A stretch of DNA of 35,972 nucleotides from positions 1 through 35,972 of IMG/VR virus record IMGVR_UViG_3300017646_000189; one strand, written 5' to 3'. The stretch is from a virus. Its lineage: Duplodnaviria > Caudoviricetes. The notes under the pieces were generated by a model. It was not told the origin of the DNA and searched no databases. It saw only the letters and a program-made list of their open reading frames with translations. Positions 16,202 through 24,223 of this stretch are shown one piece after another (position 1 is the stretch's first letter; every line of letters begins with the position of its first letter). The position numbers were made by a program, and so were the translations under genes.

Positions 16202-17426
16202 TGACCTTGCCGCCCTGGATCAGCGCTTCGAGATCCGTAATGGGCACGTTCTGTTTCTGGATGCGCGGCACGTCGCCGCCCTCGACCGCGGGCAGGTTCT
16301 CCTTCGCCCGAACCTCGTTGATCGTCAGCCAGCCGTCGTTCAGGCCGGATTTGTAGAAGGCCGCGCGACCCGCACTGTCGCCGCGCAACAGCCCTTCGAG
16401 ATTGAACTCGATCATCAGCCCCCGACGACGCTCGGCATCGGTCAGCAGCTGCTTGGCCAAGGCCATCTCGATGCGCTTGAGGCGCCGGCGCAGGGTGAAC
16501 TTCTGGAACAGCAGCACCTGCTGCTCAACACCCGTCGGCCAGGACGTTGTGGCAGAGCTATGCTGGATCATCACCGGCGGGACACCGAAGAACCGGCATA
16601 TCTCCTCGATCGAGAACCCCCGCGATTCGAGCATCTGCGCGTCTTCCGGGGTCAGGCTGAAGCTCTGCCATTTGACCCCGCCCTCCGCCACGAAGGGCTT
16701 GCCGGCGTTGGCAGCGCCGGTGAACTCGGCGACCATGTATTCCCGGGCGATCTTCCGGTTTTCGTCCGACAGCCATTCATCGAACTGCAAGGCGCCGGAC
16801 GGTTTCAGCCCGTTTCGGAACATCGCCGCCGCCGTGGCATTGGCGGCCATGGCCAGCGAAAACGTCGAGCGTGCGAAGGCGAGCGTGGACATTCCGCCCA
16901 GCGGATCGCCCCCGGGACCGCGAATATGCAGCACATCCGCCTCGGTGAGGTCGTATTGCTTGCGATCCTGGGTCCAGCGATACCGCAAGGCGCCGCCGGT
17001 CTCGCGCCTGACCGTGACGGCGTCCGGCCGCACCGGGGTGAGGGCGACGATCCTGCCGCCGAGACGATCGATGCGGGCATAGGCATTGCCCCACAACTCG
17101 ACCGCCATGGTCATGAAATCCCAGAAATCCAGCGCCGTCTGGTCGAAGTTCGGACTGTCATGCAAGACTGAATAGAGCGGGTGATCCCGCATCACGGTCC
17201 TCTGCCCATCCTCGCCCAGGACAAAGACCTGTAGCGGAAGCGAGCTGATCGTGCCGGAGAGCAGGTTGACGCAGCCCCAGACCGCCGAAAGCGCCATGCT
17301 GGACCGGGCCGAGACTGGCACGCCCGCATCCATGACACCCGGCTGCGGCTGGAAGTCGGTATGGCTGGTCAGGTCCAGAGGCTTCTTGCCATCCGGCAGG
17401 CCGAACATCTTGCGCAGGAGCTTCAT
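16191..17426 (-). CDS. Portal protein, HK97 family
   Basis: Start MKLLRKMFG at 17426 (ATGA overlap with TerL). SAVWGCVNLLS, LWGNAY, EICRFFGVPP and TINEVRAKENL motifs. Confidence 0.95.
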   Translation of the reverse strand: MKLLRKMFGLPDGKKPLDLTSHTDFQPQPGVMDAGVPVSARSSMALSAVWGCVNLLSGTISSLPLQVFVLGEDGQRTVMRDHPLYSVLHDSPNFDQTALDFWDFMTMAVELWGNAYARIDRLGGRIVALTPVRPDAVTVRRETGGALRYRWTQDRKQYDLTEADVLHIRGPGGDPLGGMSTLAFARSTFSLAMAANATAAAMFRNGLKPSGALQFDEWLSDENRKIAREYMVAEFTGAANAGKPFVAEGGVKWQSFSLTPEDAQMLESRGFSIEEICRFFGVPPVMIQHSSATTSWPTGVEQQVLLFQKFTLRRRLKRIEMALAKQLLTDAERRRGLMIEFNLEGLLRGDSAGRAAFYKSGLNDGWLTINEVRAKENLPAVEGGDVPRIQKQNVPITDLEALIQGGKVNEV

Positions 17427-19240
17427 GCCGACACCAGGCTCTGGAAGTAGGAGTTCTTCCGCCGTCGCTGCTCTTCCTTTGGCGCCCTGCAGAGCGCCAC
17501 CCCGACCGACATGGCAAGGGAAACCATACCGTCGATCCGGCCGAAGGCGTTCGGCTTGTCGAACATCCGGTGCCCGGTGCGGTTCTCCGCATAGACGACG
17601 CTGGCCGCCATGCTGTCGAGGAGCGGGTTCTGATCGATCAAGATTCGCTCCTCGTATATTGCCGCTTCGAGCTTGTTGATGCTGTCGGGCATCCACAGGT
17701 AGATTTCCTGCTGCCCTTCGGGTGCCTTCGGGTCCTTTTCGAGGATCCGCTTCTGGAAGCCCTGCGGGTGGATTTCCGCCGGTATGACCGCGCCGATGTC
17801 GGTCAGATGCTCCTGGAGCCGCTCCAGGCCGTATTGGTCGCAGCCGATCACCTGCGGGGCGAATTCGGCGTTGATCCGGGCGATGGCATCGGCCAGCCAG
17901 GCATATTTCAGCCGGTCTCCGGGAACCGCCTCGATGAACCCGGCGCGCACCCAATCGTCATAGGGCGTCTGATCCATGGCCGCGCGATCGGCGAGCGTGT
18001 CTTTCGGCGTCCAGAACCAGGTGTGCGAGAGGAACCGCTCAGCGTCCCTGGTGGCATCGAGCAGCCAGGTCAGGGTGAGCGCGGAGAAGTCCCGCGTCTG
18101 GCTGAGGTCGAGACCGCCGAAGCACGGATAACCGGCGTCGACCATTTCGCGCAGATCAACCTTTCCCTGGCATTTCAGCCAGGATTCCCGCTTGATCGCC
18201 GCGGTCTGCGCCTGCGTCCACTCGCAGAAGTGCAGCCGGGCGATGCCGTTGCGCTTGCCAGGCATCTTCTTGGCCTGCTCGACCTGCGCCGCCAGCCATT
18301 CCTTGGTGATCGTCACGTCCAGGAGCGGGTTGGCCTTGACCCAGCAGGACGGGTCATTCTCCCAATCGTCGCCATCATCGAGCGAGCAGACGAAAGCGAA
18401 TGTCGAATCGTCTTCGACGATGCCGGCCGCGACGCGCACCGCGTGCTGGTGCTCCTCCCAGCAGATCGACTTGCGATCCGAGCCGCTGTTGGTCGCCATG
18501 CAGAGCAACGGCTGCATGCGGAACTTGAAACCGCGCTCCAGCATGTCGATGGTGTCGCGGCTCGGGTGCTCGTGCACTTCGTCGCAGAGCGCACCATGCG
18601 GACGCGGCCCGGATTGACCGCCCGATTTGGCCTCGTTGGCGATCGGCTTGAAGAACCGCGTGCCGCCGTCCTTGCCCTTGTAGCTCAGCTGCCAGACCGG
18701 GTTCTGTCCATGCGGGGTAATCCGGCTGCTGAGCCGCGGGGACTGTTCCACCATGGCGACGGCATCCTGGAACAGGATCCGCGCCTGGTCCTTCTTGGCT
18801 GCCGCCGAGTAGACCTCGGCCCGCGCCTCTCCATCCGCGACCATCAGATAAAGGCCGATGCCGCCGAGCATCGGGCTCTTGCCGTTGCCCTTTCCCTCTT
18901 CGTCGTAGAAGCGGCGAAACCGCCGCAGGCCGGTGGCCTTGTGCTTCCAGCCGAAGAGCGATCCGACGCGGAAAGCCTGACTGGGATGGAGCACGAACGG
19001 CCGCCCTTCGAACTGTCCGCCGTTCAGGCGCAGGTTGCGTGCGAACCAGGCGATCACCTTCTTGGCGGCGGCCACATCCCACAGCAGGCCGCGGCCCGGG
19101 CCTTCGACCAGATCCCGCAGATGGCGGGCGGCCGCGTCCCGGATGTGCGGGCCGGCGACGATCTTGCCATCCGCGACATCCTGCGCCCAGGCGGTAACCG
19201 GATCGGCCGCATAGCGGTCCGCGTCAGGTGAAGTCGTCAT
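17423..19240 (-). CDS. terL: Terminase large subunit
   Basis: Walker A GKGNGKS, Walker B LCDEVH, nuclease GGLDLS and RIDG. Likely start is MTTSPD at 19240. Confidence 0.97.
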   Translation of the reverse strand: MTTSPDADRYAADPVTAWAQDVADGKIVAGPHIRDAAARHLRDLVEGPGRGLLWDVAAAKKVIAWFARNLRLNGGQFEGRPFVLHPSQAFRVGSLFGWKHKATGLRRFRRFYDEEGKGNGKSPMLGGIGLYLMVADGEARAEVYSAAAKKDQARILFQDAVAMVEQSPRLSSRITPHGQNPVWQLSYKGKDGGTRFFKPIANEAKSGGQSGPRPHGALCDEVHEHPSRDTIDMLERGFKFRMQPLLCMATNSGSDRKSICWEEHQHAVRVAAGIVEDDSTFAFVCSLDDGDDWENDPSCWVKANPLLDVTITKEWLAAQVEQAKKMPGKRNGIARLHFCEWTQAQTAAIKRESWLKCQGKVDLREMVDAGYPCFGGLDLSQTRDFSALTLTWLLDATRDAERFLSHTWFWTPKDTLADRAAMDQTPYDDWVRAGFIEAVPGDRLKYAWLADAIARINAEFAPQVIGCDQYGLERLQEHLTDIGAVIPAEIHPQGFQKRILEKDPKAPEGQQEIYLWMPDSINKLEAAIYEERILIDQNPLLDSMAASVVYAENRTGHRMFDKPNAFGRIDGMVSLAMSVGVALCRAPKEEQRRRKNSYFQSLVSA

Positions 19241-19697
19241 CACCTTCGCCGAAGCTGAAGCCGAGCTGCCCTTGCGCACCAAGGGCACGTTCCGCCGCCG
19301 GCGTCATGCCGAAATCGCTGGCCAGCGCGCGAATCTGCCGCCAGGTCTCGTTCAGCTGCGCGACCTCCGGCCGCGATTTGACCTGATCGCCGTTGCGCGT
19401 TTTCGCGGTATAGGTCTCGCCCAGTTCTGCAAGCAGAATCTGGTAATCCTCATAGCGCACGATCGAGCGGCAGAGCTGGACGAACATGAAGATGTTCACC
19501 TCGTTCAGCCTGTCCTTGGTCGGATGGCAGAGCGGCGGCGCCAGGCGGTCGTAAACCCAACGCTCCTTGTCCAGCAGCCCTTCCGGCCGAAGCTGGGCGG
19601 CGCGGGCGAGCGCACGGGCCTGGAGATTGTGGCCCGCATCGCCATCTTCCCGCATCGGGATGACAGCGCTTTCGGCTGGCCGTCTTCCTCTTGCCAT
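19224..19697 (-). CDS. terS: Terminase small subunit, P27 family
   Basis: MARGRRP N-terminus and P...LASDFGMTPAAE motif, directly upstream of terL. Confidence 0.92.
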   Translation of the reverse strand: MARGRRPAESAVIPMREDGDAGHNLQARALARAAQLRPEGLLDKERWVYDRLAPPLCHPTKDRLNEVNIFMFVQLCRSIVRYEDYQILLAELGETYTAKTRNGDQVKSRPEVAQLNETWRQIRALASDFGMTPAAERALGAQGQLGFSFGEGDDDFT

Positions 19698-19719
19698 AAC
19701 CTCTTCCTACCTTGGGCTT

Positions 19720-19805
19720 TTTCTATCCAATTCCAGCTTTGCGCACAGAAACCTTGGCCGCCGGTCCCCGCCGCCGAGGCCCCCAACTTTCGACCCACCC
19801 CCCTC
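19720..19805 (-). other. Probable cos (packaging/cohesive end) region
   Basis: Non-coding stretch between HNH and terS with GGGGGGTGGGTCGAAAGT...GGGGACCGGCG. This is where cos sits in HK97-like HNH/P27 phages. The exact cut site cannot be determined. Confidence 0.5.
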
Positions 19806-19871
19806 TGTGGTGACCCCCGGGACCGGCCTGCCCGAAAACCGGGCATTTCGGTTCGGATCGCACCCTCGCGG

Positions 19872-20228
19872 TCATCGGTTCGCCGGGTGGGCCGGATCGA
19901 GGGGCCAGCCGTCCGGGCCGCGGGCATTCGAGAACCCTCTGACCTCCTCCCGCTGCTTGACGATGTCGTGGTGGTCCGGGCAAAGGGTCTGCCAATTGCT
20001 CCGGTCCCAGAACAGATCGAGGTCGCCGCGATGGGGGACAACGTGGTCCACCACAAGAAAGCGCCGACGCGGATCGGGCTGCGGTTCGCCCGTCGCCTTG
20101 AGCGCGCCGTCGTTCAGGACGCCACGCTGGCGACACAGCCTGCAGAGAGGCTCGCATTGCAGATGCGCCAGCCGCGCCTTTCGCCATCGCGCCGTCTTGT
20201 AGAGCGCGAAGCGTGACATGAGCGACAC
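19872..20228 (-). CDS. HNH endonuclease (packaging-associated, HK97 gp74-like)
   Basis: PLCRLC, VVDHVVPHRGD and NWQTLCPDHH motifs, upstream of terS. Confidence 0.92.
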   Translation of the reverse strand: MSLMSRFALYKTARWRKARLAHLQCEPLCRLCRQRGVLNDGALKATGEPQPDPRRRFLVVDHVVPHRGDLDLFWDRSNWQTLCPDHHDIVKQREEVRGFSNARGPDGWPLDPAHPANR

Positions 20229-20317
20229 CCTCTGCCTGATGATCGACCAGCCGTCCCGCCGCTACAGCTGGCCATGCGATGATCGCGCCTGTCGGCGGGC
20301 GCGCTCGGGTATCCCGG

Positions 20318-20358
20318 AAACAGAAGCGCCCGCGAGGGATGATGATCCCTGCGGGCGC
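20318..20358 (-). terminator. Strong terminator in the late leader (tR'-like)
   Basis: 14-bp stem with a 1-nt bulge: GCGCCCGCAGGGAT-CATC-ATCCCTCGCGGGCGC, followed by TTCTGTTT. Confidence 0.65.
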
Positions 20359-20370
20359 AATTCTGGATGA

Positions 20371-20408
20371 TGTCAATATATATGCGATGCGGTGTCATAA
20401 GACGTCAA
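20371..20408 (-). promoter_or_regulatory. Putative late promoter
   Basis: Minus strand has TTGACG (20408-20403) with an AT-rich CATATATA about 18 nt downstream, and a second TTGACA at 20376-20371. Confidence 0.45.
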
Positions 20409-21148
20409 GATGTTTTGTGCACACCCGCATCAGGATAGCCTTGCATCCGATCAAGACAGGCCGCCAGAGCCTCGATCAATGCCGAGATATTACGGCCGGT
20501 CTTGCTCCAGCCATGCTGCCTAAGGACCGCCTCGAATGTCTCGCCATGCAGGCAGATCGCATCGACCAGCACGCGATCAAGGATCGGCTTGGCATCAGGT
20601 CCGCCACGCTTCGATGGCCGGACCCTCCGCACCGCCATGGCGACGCCAGCGCCGATCCTGCGCCGCATCAGGGCAATCTGCTCGCCCTCGGCGATGAAGG
20701 CATCCATGAACTCGCCGCCGCCGCTGGGGCCGGAACCCCGCCTCGCCTCAAGGCTGGCGCAGCGCATGCCGCCCGCATCGTGACGCTCGACAAGATCGCG
20801 ATAGAGCCGCGCGACGTTGACCTGTCCCTTGCTGAACGGAGACCTGCCCGGGTTACCATCCCTATCCTTCCGCTTCGCCGCGATCCGCTCCAGCACGTCG
20901 AAGATGTCGGCCGCCCGCGCGGCGCTGAACCCGCGCCAGCCGATGCGTTCGACCTTGTAGCCGCTCTCGGCCTTTTCGTCGGGCATCACGACATGCGGCA
21001 TGAACGCCACCTGCGGCCCGCGGGCCGGGGCAACGGGGATCGCCGGACCGCACCCCTCGACCGGAGTTGCGCGGGACAGGATGGCATCGAGCCGGGCCCG
21101 CTCGGCTGCTGCGCGGCCCGCGACCATTTCCCGATATTCCTTCGTCAT
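20405..21148 (-). CDS. Putative late-gene regulator (Q-position, DUF6456-like C-terminus)
   Basis: Start MTKEY at 21148 (ATGA overlap). C-terminal LVDAICLHGETFEAVLRQHGWS...LAACLDRM helix-turn-helix-like region. It is the last gene before the late operon. Confidence 0.55.
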   Translation of the reverse strand: MTKEYREMVAGRAAAERARLDAILSRATPVEGCGPAIPVAPARGPQVAFMPHVVMPDEKAESGYKVERIGWRGFSAARAADIFDVLERIAAKRKDRDGNPGRSPFSKGQVNVARLYRDLVERHDAGGMRCASLEARRGSGPSGGGEFMDAFIAEGEQIALMRRRIGAGVAMAVRRVRPSKRGGPDAKPILDRVLVDAICLHGETFEAVLRQHGWSKTGRNISALIEALAACLDRMQGYPDAGVHKTS

Positions 21149-21714
21149 GCCGCTTGTCCTTCCACCGGTGCCGACTGGATCGCCTCGACCTCGGCCAGGT
21201 CCTCGTGCCAATGCGCCAGCCAGGCGCGATCCTCGGCACTCGCCCGCCCGGCCTCGATGTTCTCGCGGACTATGTTGCGCCGGCGCCTGTTGCTCTCGGC
21301 CTCATCCTTCAGGCCCGAGATGAAATACTTCGTCGGCGGCGGCCCGATCTTCTTGGCGATCTGGTAGAGCTCGACCGCCCAGCCCTCGGCCATAGCCTGC
21401 CGGCCCATGGCCGAGCGGATCAGGCTGCGCGCATAGTCGCACTCGCGCGGCGGCGGCAGTTGCAGCGTCGTCGCCCAATGCTTGATCAGGCCCTCGGCCG
21501 GCCAGATGCCTTTCACCGCGTGGCGCACAATCAGATCGTGCATGCCCCGCAGGTTCTCGTCAGACATATAGGCCAACCAGCCCCGCAGCCGCGCCAGCAT
21601 CTTCTCATGCTTCTCGGCGGTCATGCCGCGCTGTGCCTTCAACCCCGCCAGAGGTTCCAGCAACAGCGCATCCACCCGCGCCTCGGCTTCCGCCCTTGCC
21701 CCTGTCATCGCCAT
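21145..21714 (-). CDS. Hypothetical replication-module protein
   Basis: Coupled ORF directly downstream of the initiator and origin, with good codon usage. Confidence 0.7.
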   Translation of the reverse strand: MAMTGARAEAEARVDALLLEPLAGLKAQRGMTAEKHEKMLARLRGWLAYMSDENLRGMHDLIVRHAVKGIWPAEGLIKHWATTLQLPPPRECDYARSLIRSAMGRQAMAEGWAVELYQIAKKIGPPPTKYFISGLKDEAESNRRRRNIVRENIEAGRASAEDRAWLAHWHEDLAEVEAIQSAPVEGQAA

Positions 21715-21738
21715 TGTCGTTTTCCCCAGCCTGCTGAG

Positions 21739-21747
21739 TTATCCACA
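21739..21747 (+). promoter_or_regulatory. Perfect DnaA box
   Basis: TTATCCACA, about 80 bp from the iteron-like repeats. Confidence 0.65.
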
Positions 21748-21824
21748 AGCCGCACCGGTTCAGTGTCCGGGGATTGGCCTGTGTCTTTTCCTTTTCATGT
21801 CTCTGTCTATGTCCCTGTCGTGCA

Positions 21825-21896
21825 GGACAGTCCGAGATTGTCCGAGACTGTCTGAAACTGTCCTTCGGACAATTCAGGACAGTCTGGAGACGGTCC
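21825..21896. repeat. Iteron-like 10-bp repeats (putative phage origin)
   Basis: Tandem tccgagattg/tccgagactg/tctgaaactg, followed by inverted copies ggacaattca/ggacagtctg, at the 3' end of the initiator gene. Confidence 0.6.
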
Positions 21897-22512
21897 CGCC
21901 GGGCCCCTTGCCAGCCAACATGAAGGAGTGATCGGCCCAGGCGCTGATCGCGCGCTCAAGCCATGATGCCGACCGATATTCGCAGCCTTCCTTCTGCAGC
22001 CACTCATCGATCCAGCGGACAGCCGCGTCATTGGCGGCCAGATCCTTGTGATAGCCCGAGACCGTGATGCGCAGCCGCTGGAGGCGCTTCGCCGCGTTGG
22101 CGGCCTCGTTCTTGGCCCGGTTGTCCTCGCGCCGGGCGATGGCGTCCTGCAGCGACCGCAGCACCATCGGATGCGCAAGCCTGATCTCGCTGCCGCACTT
22201 CACCGGATACCACTTGTGCAGCGGACCATATTCCAGCCGGCAGAGCTGCTGGAAATGGGAATGATCGACCATCAGCAGCCGGGCCAGCAGTTCCAGATCA
22301 TTCGGCAGGGTGCCGACCGGCGCCTGGTCATATGCGATGTTGATCAGGTCGAAGAACAGGGCCCGGCATTCGGGCGTGCCGCGCAGCCGCATATCGCTGT
22401 TCAGCCAGCGCCGGCGCTCCCACGCCATGAAATAATGGCTGTCGAGGCGATCCTCGACCGTGAGAGGGTATTGCTCCATCTCGCCGGTGGGCACGGCATG
22501 CAAGTGTCTCAT
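21874..22512 (-). CDS. Putative replication initiator (DUF1376/YdaU-like N-terminus)
   Basis: Start MRHLHAV at 22512. RWLNSD...RALFFDLINIAYDQAPVGTLPND...LARL pattern, with adjacent iterons. Confidence 0.6.
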   Translation of the reverse strand: MRHLHAVPTGEMEQYPLTVEDRLDSHYFMAWERRRWLNSDMRLRGTPECRALFFDLINIAYDQAPVGTLPNDLELLARLLMVDHSHFQQLCRLEYGPLHKWYPVKCGSEIRLAHPMVLRSLQDAIARREDNRAKNEAANAAKRLQRLRITVSGYHKDLAANDAAVRWIDEWLQKEGCEYRSASWLERAISAWADHSFMLAGKGPGGTVSRLS

Positions 22513-22796
22513 GCCGCACCGCCTTCCGCGGCGATCTCGCCGCCGCAGGCCGCATAACCGGCGAGATCCACCCAGTTGTCGGCATGGGCCGGGTTGGTGG
22601 CGGCCCGCACCAGCTTGAGCCCGGCCATGTAGAGCGCCACATCGAGCGCGGAGCGCGGCCGGTCGCCGCGCGCGGCATCGAGGGCGCTCCAGACCTGCGC
22701 GATGGCGGCAAAGCCATCCTCGGCCTTGCCATGGGTGGCAGCGCGGTCGCGGGTCACATACTCGCCCGCGGTGGACAGGATTTCGGTGCGGATCAC
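22509..22796 (-). CDS. DUF6378-like protein
   Basis: DRAATHG...FAAIAQVWS...DVALYMAGLKLVR...DNWVDLAGYAACG. Confidence 0.8.
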   Translation of the reverse strand: MIRTEILSTAGEYVTRDRAATHGKAEDGFAAIAQVWSALDAARGDRPRSALDVALYMAGLKLVRAATNPAHADNWVDLAGYAACGGEIAAEGGAA

Positions 22797-22975
22797 GATT
22801 TGTCCCTCTCGATCCGTTGATGTTCAGGCCGACCGACGATCTTTTCGGCGAGATTCCGCAGGGCGGCATGCGCAGTCTGCGGCGTCATCGCCAGCAGGGC
22901 GGCGAGGAAGATCATGACCCCGTCACGGATGCCGGCGCGGTATGCGTTCTGATGCCGAATGCGGTGCTTGCTCAC
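22793..22975 (-). CDS. Hypothetical protein
   Basis: GTGA overlaps with neighbours at both ends. Confidence 0.6.
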   Translation of the reverse strand: MSKHRIRHQNAYRAGIRDGVMIFLAALLAMTPQTAHAALRNLAEKIVGRPEHQRIERDKS

Positions 22976-23673
22976 AGCAGCACCCCCTGATGCAGCCCCT
23001 GGCCGTCCTCGCGGTTCATGAACCGGAAAGCCGGCTCACCGCCCTGCCAGGCCCGATCCCAGACGAACCAGGCATTGCGCTGCGGCGGCGAGCCTTCGCC
23101 GGTGAAATCCAGTTTCCAGCGCATCAGGTAGCAGTAGGAGAAGGGCTGGGCATCCAGCAGCGCGCCGAGCCCGTTGGCCCGAGCCGCCGGCCAGTCCCAG
23201 GACAGCAGCAGCGCCAGGTAATCCCAGCCCGGCATGTCCAGCGTATGGCGCAGCCAGCGGCCATGCCCGTCCCGGGCATTGATCTCGCAGAACGGCGGAT
23301 TGGTGATGATCGCCCGCGCCGGGCTCTGGCCGAACGAATAGAAATCAGCCACGACCGCGTCATCGCAACCGCGGTCGATCAGGTCGGAGGCATGGCAGTC
23401 GAGACCGAAGGCCCGTATCTCGCGCACCAGGGCCCCATCGCCGCAGGCCGGCTCCCAGACCCCGCCGCATTCGCGAATCCGTTGGCCGTCACGGGCCAGC
23501 AGGCCGCGCACCGCCTCGGGCTGGCCCGTCGGATAGAAATCCTCGGCCCGGCGAACCTCGACACGCGGCCGGACGTGGACCGGGGCCTCAGGCATCAGCG
23601 GCAGCGGCTCCTTGACCGTCGCACGCTGGCCGCTGATGGCCCGGAAAAGCGGCTTGGCGGAGGGCGCGGTCAT
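22972..23673 (-). CDS. Orphan SAM-dependent amino-DNA methyltransferase
   Basis: DFYPT, WEPACGDG (SAM binding) and IITNPPF (catalytic) motifs. Confidence 0.85.
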   Translation of the reverse strand: MTAPSAKPLFRAISGQRATVKEPLPLMPEAPVHVRPRVEVRRAEDFYPTGQPEAVRGLLARDGQRIRECGGVWEPACGDGALVREIRAFGLDCHASDLIDRGCDDAVVADFYSFGQSPARAIITNPPFCEINARDGHGRWLRHTLDMPGWDYLALLLSWDWPAARANGLGALLDAQPFSYCYLMRWKLDFTGEGSPPQRNAWFVWDRAWQGGEPAFRFMNREDGQGLHQGVLL

Positions 23674-23695
23674 GCTTCCACCGTCGATTTTTCAC

Positions 23696-23741
23696 ACACA
23701 CCTTTATTGACGGCCAGAATAACAGTGTGTATATAAATTCC
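23696..23741 (+). promoter_or_regulatory. brnTA promoter with overlapping inverted-repeat operator
   Basis: TTGACG (23707)-17 nt-TATATA (23730). Inverted repeat ACACACCTTTATT-N9-AATAACAGTGTGT (11/13 match). Confidence 0.65.
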
Positions 23742-24008
23742 ATGAAGCTGGATTGGGACGAACAGAAGCGCGAACGCACCCTGCAAGAGCGGGGGCTGGA
23801 CTTCGCATCGGTCGCGCAGGCGGACTGGGATGTCGCGCTGACGGTCGAAGACAGCCGCACCGACTACGGCGAGACCCGCTTCGTCAGCCTCGTTCCCATC
23901 GAAAACCGGCTTTGCGTGGTGGCCTGGTGCTGGCGCGGCGAAACGCTGCGCGTCATCAGCCTGCGCAAGGCCAATGCACGGGAAAGGAAACGCTATGAAG
24001 AAACGTGA
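23742..24008 (+). CDS. brnT: BrnT family ribonuclease toxin
   Basis: MKLDWDEQKRERTLQERGLDF...DYGETRF...RVISLRKANARERKRY. Confidence 0.95.
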   Translation: MKLDWDEQKRERTLQERGLDFASVAQADWDVALTVEDSRTDYGETRFVSLVPIENRLCVVAWCWRGETLRVISLRKANARERKRYEET

Positions 24009-24213
24009 ACCCCTGATCGGCAAGGACGGCGAGGTCCGGGAACTGGACGACACGTTTTTCGCCACGGCGAAGCGCGGCCGCCCGGCCATGCCTGCCGCCG
24101 AGCGGAAAGTGCGCATGAACCTGATGATCGAGCCCGAGATTGCCGCCCAGCTCGACAAGCTCGACAACAAGAGTGCCTTCGTGAACGAGGTGCTGCGCAA
24201 GGCGCTGGGGTAA
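23995..24213 (+). CDS. brnA: BrnA family antitoxin
   Basis: Overlaps the brnT 3' end. ELDDTFF...RGRP...K and C-terminal VNEVLRKA ribbon-helix-helix-like motif. Confidence 0.9.
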   Translation: MKKREPLIGKDGEVRELDDTFFATAKRGRPAMPAAERKVRMNLMIEPEIAAQLDKLDNKSAFVNEVLRKALG

Positions 24214-24223
24214 CCGGCAGCGA

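Noticed and set aside
16191-17954. 587-aa portal ORF as given in the track
   Set aside because: The N-terminal extension overlaps terL out of frame. The likely start is 17426. Similar over-extensions were trimmed for 6159..7289, 6542..7351, 21874..22869 and 25163..26185.
7827-19697. Gene transfer agent cluster
   Set aside because: Long TMP, HNH/P27 cos-type packaging, and linked cI/cro, replication and att modules indicate a true prophage.
21825-21896. Short repeats as a CRISPR array or DGR repeat
   Set aside because: The units are 10 bp with no spacers, and there is no cas gene or reverse transcriptase in the window.
253-22557. Many long plus-strand ORFs (e.g. 1026..2498, 2618..4108, 9471..10775, 14050..15687, 17570..19231)
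   Set aside because: They are antisense shadows of well-supported minus-strand phage genes in GC-rich DNA, with no motifs or RBS.
22972-23673. Methyltransferase as part of a restriction-modification system
   Set aside because: No adjacent endonuclease. It sits in the early lytic operon like typical orphan phage methyltransferases.
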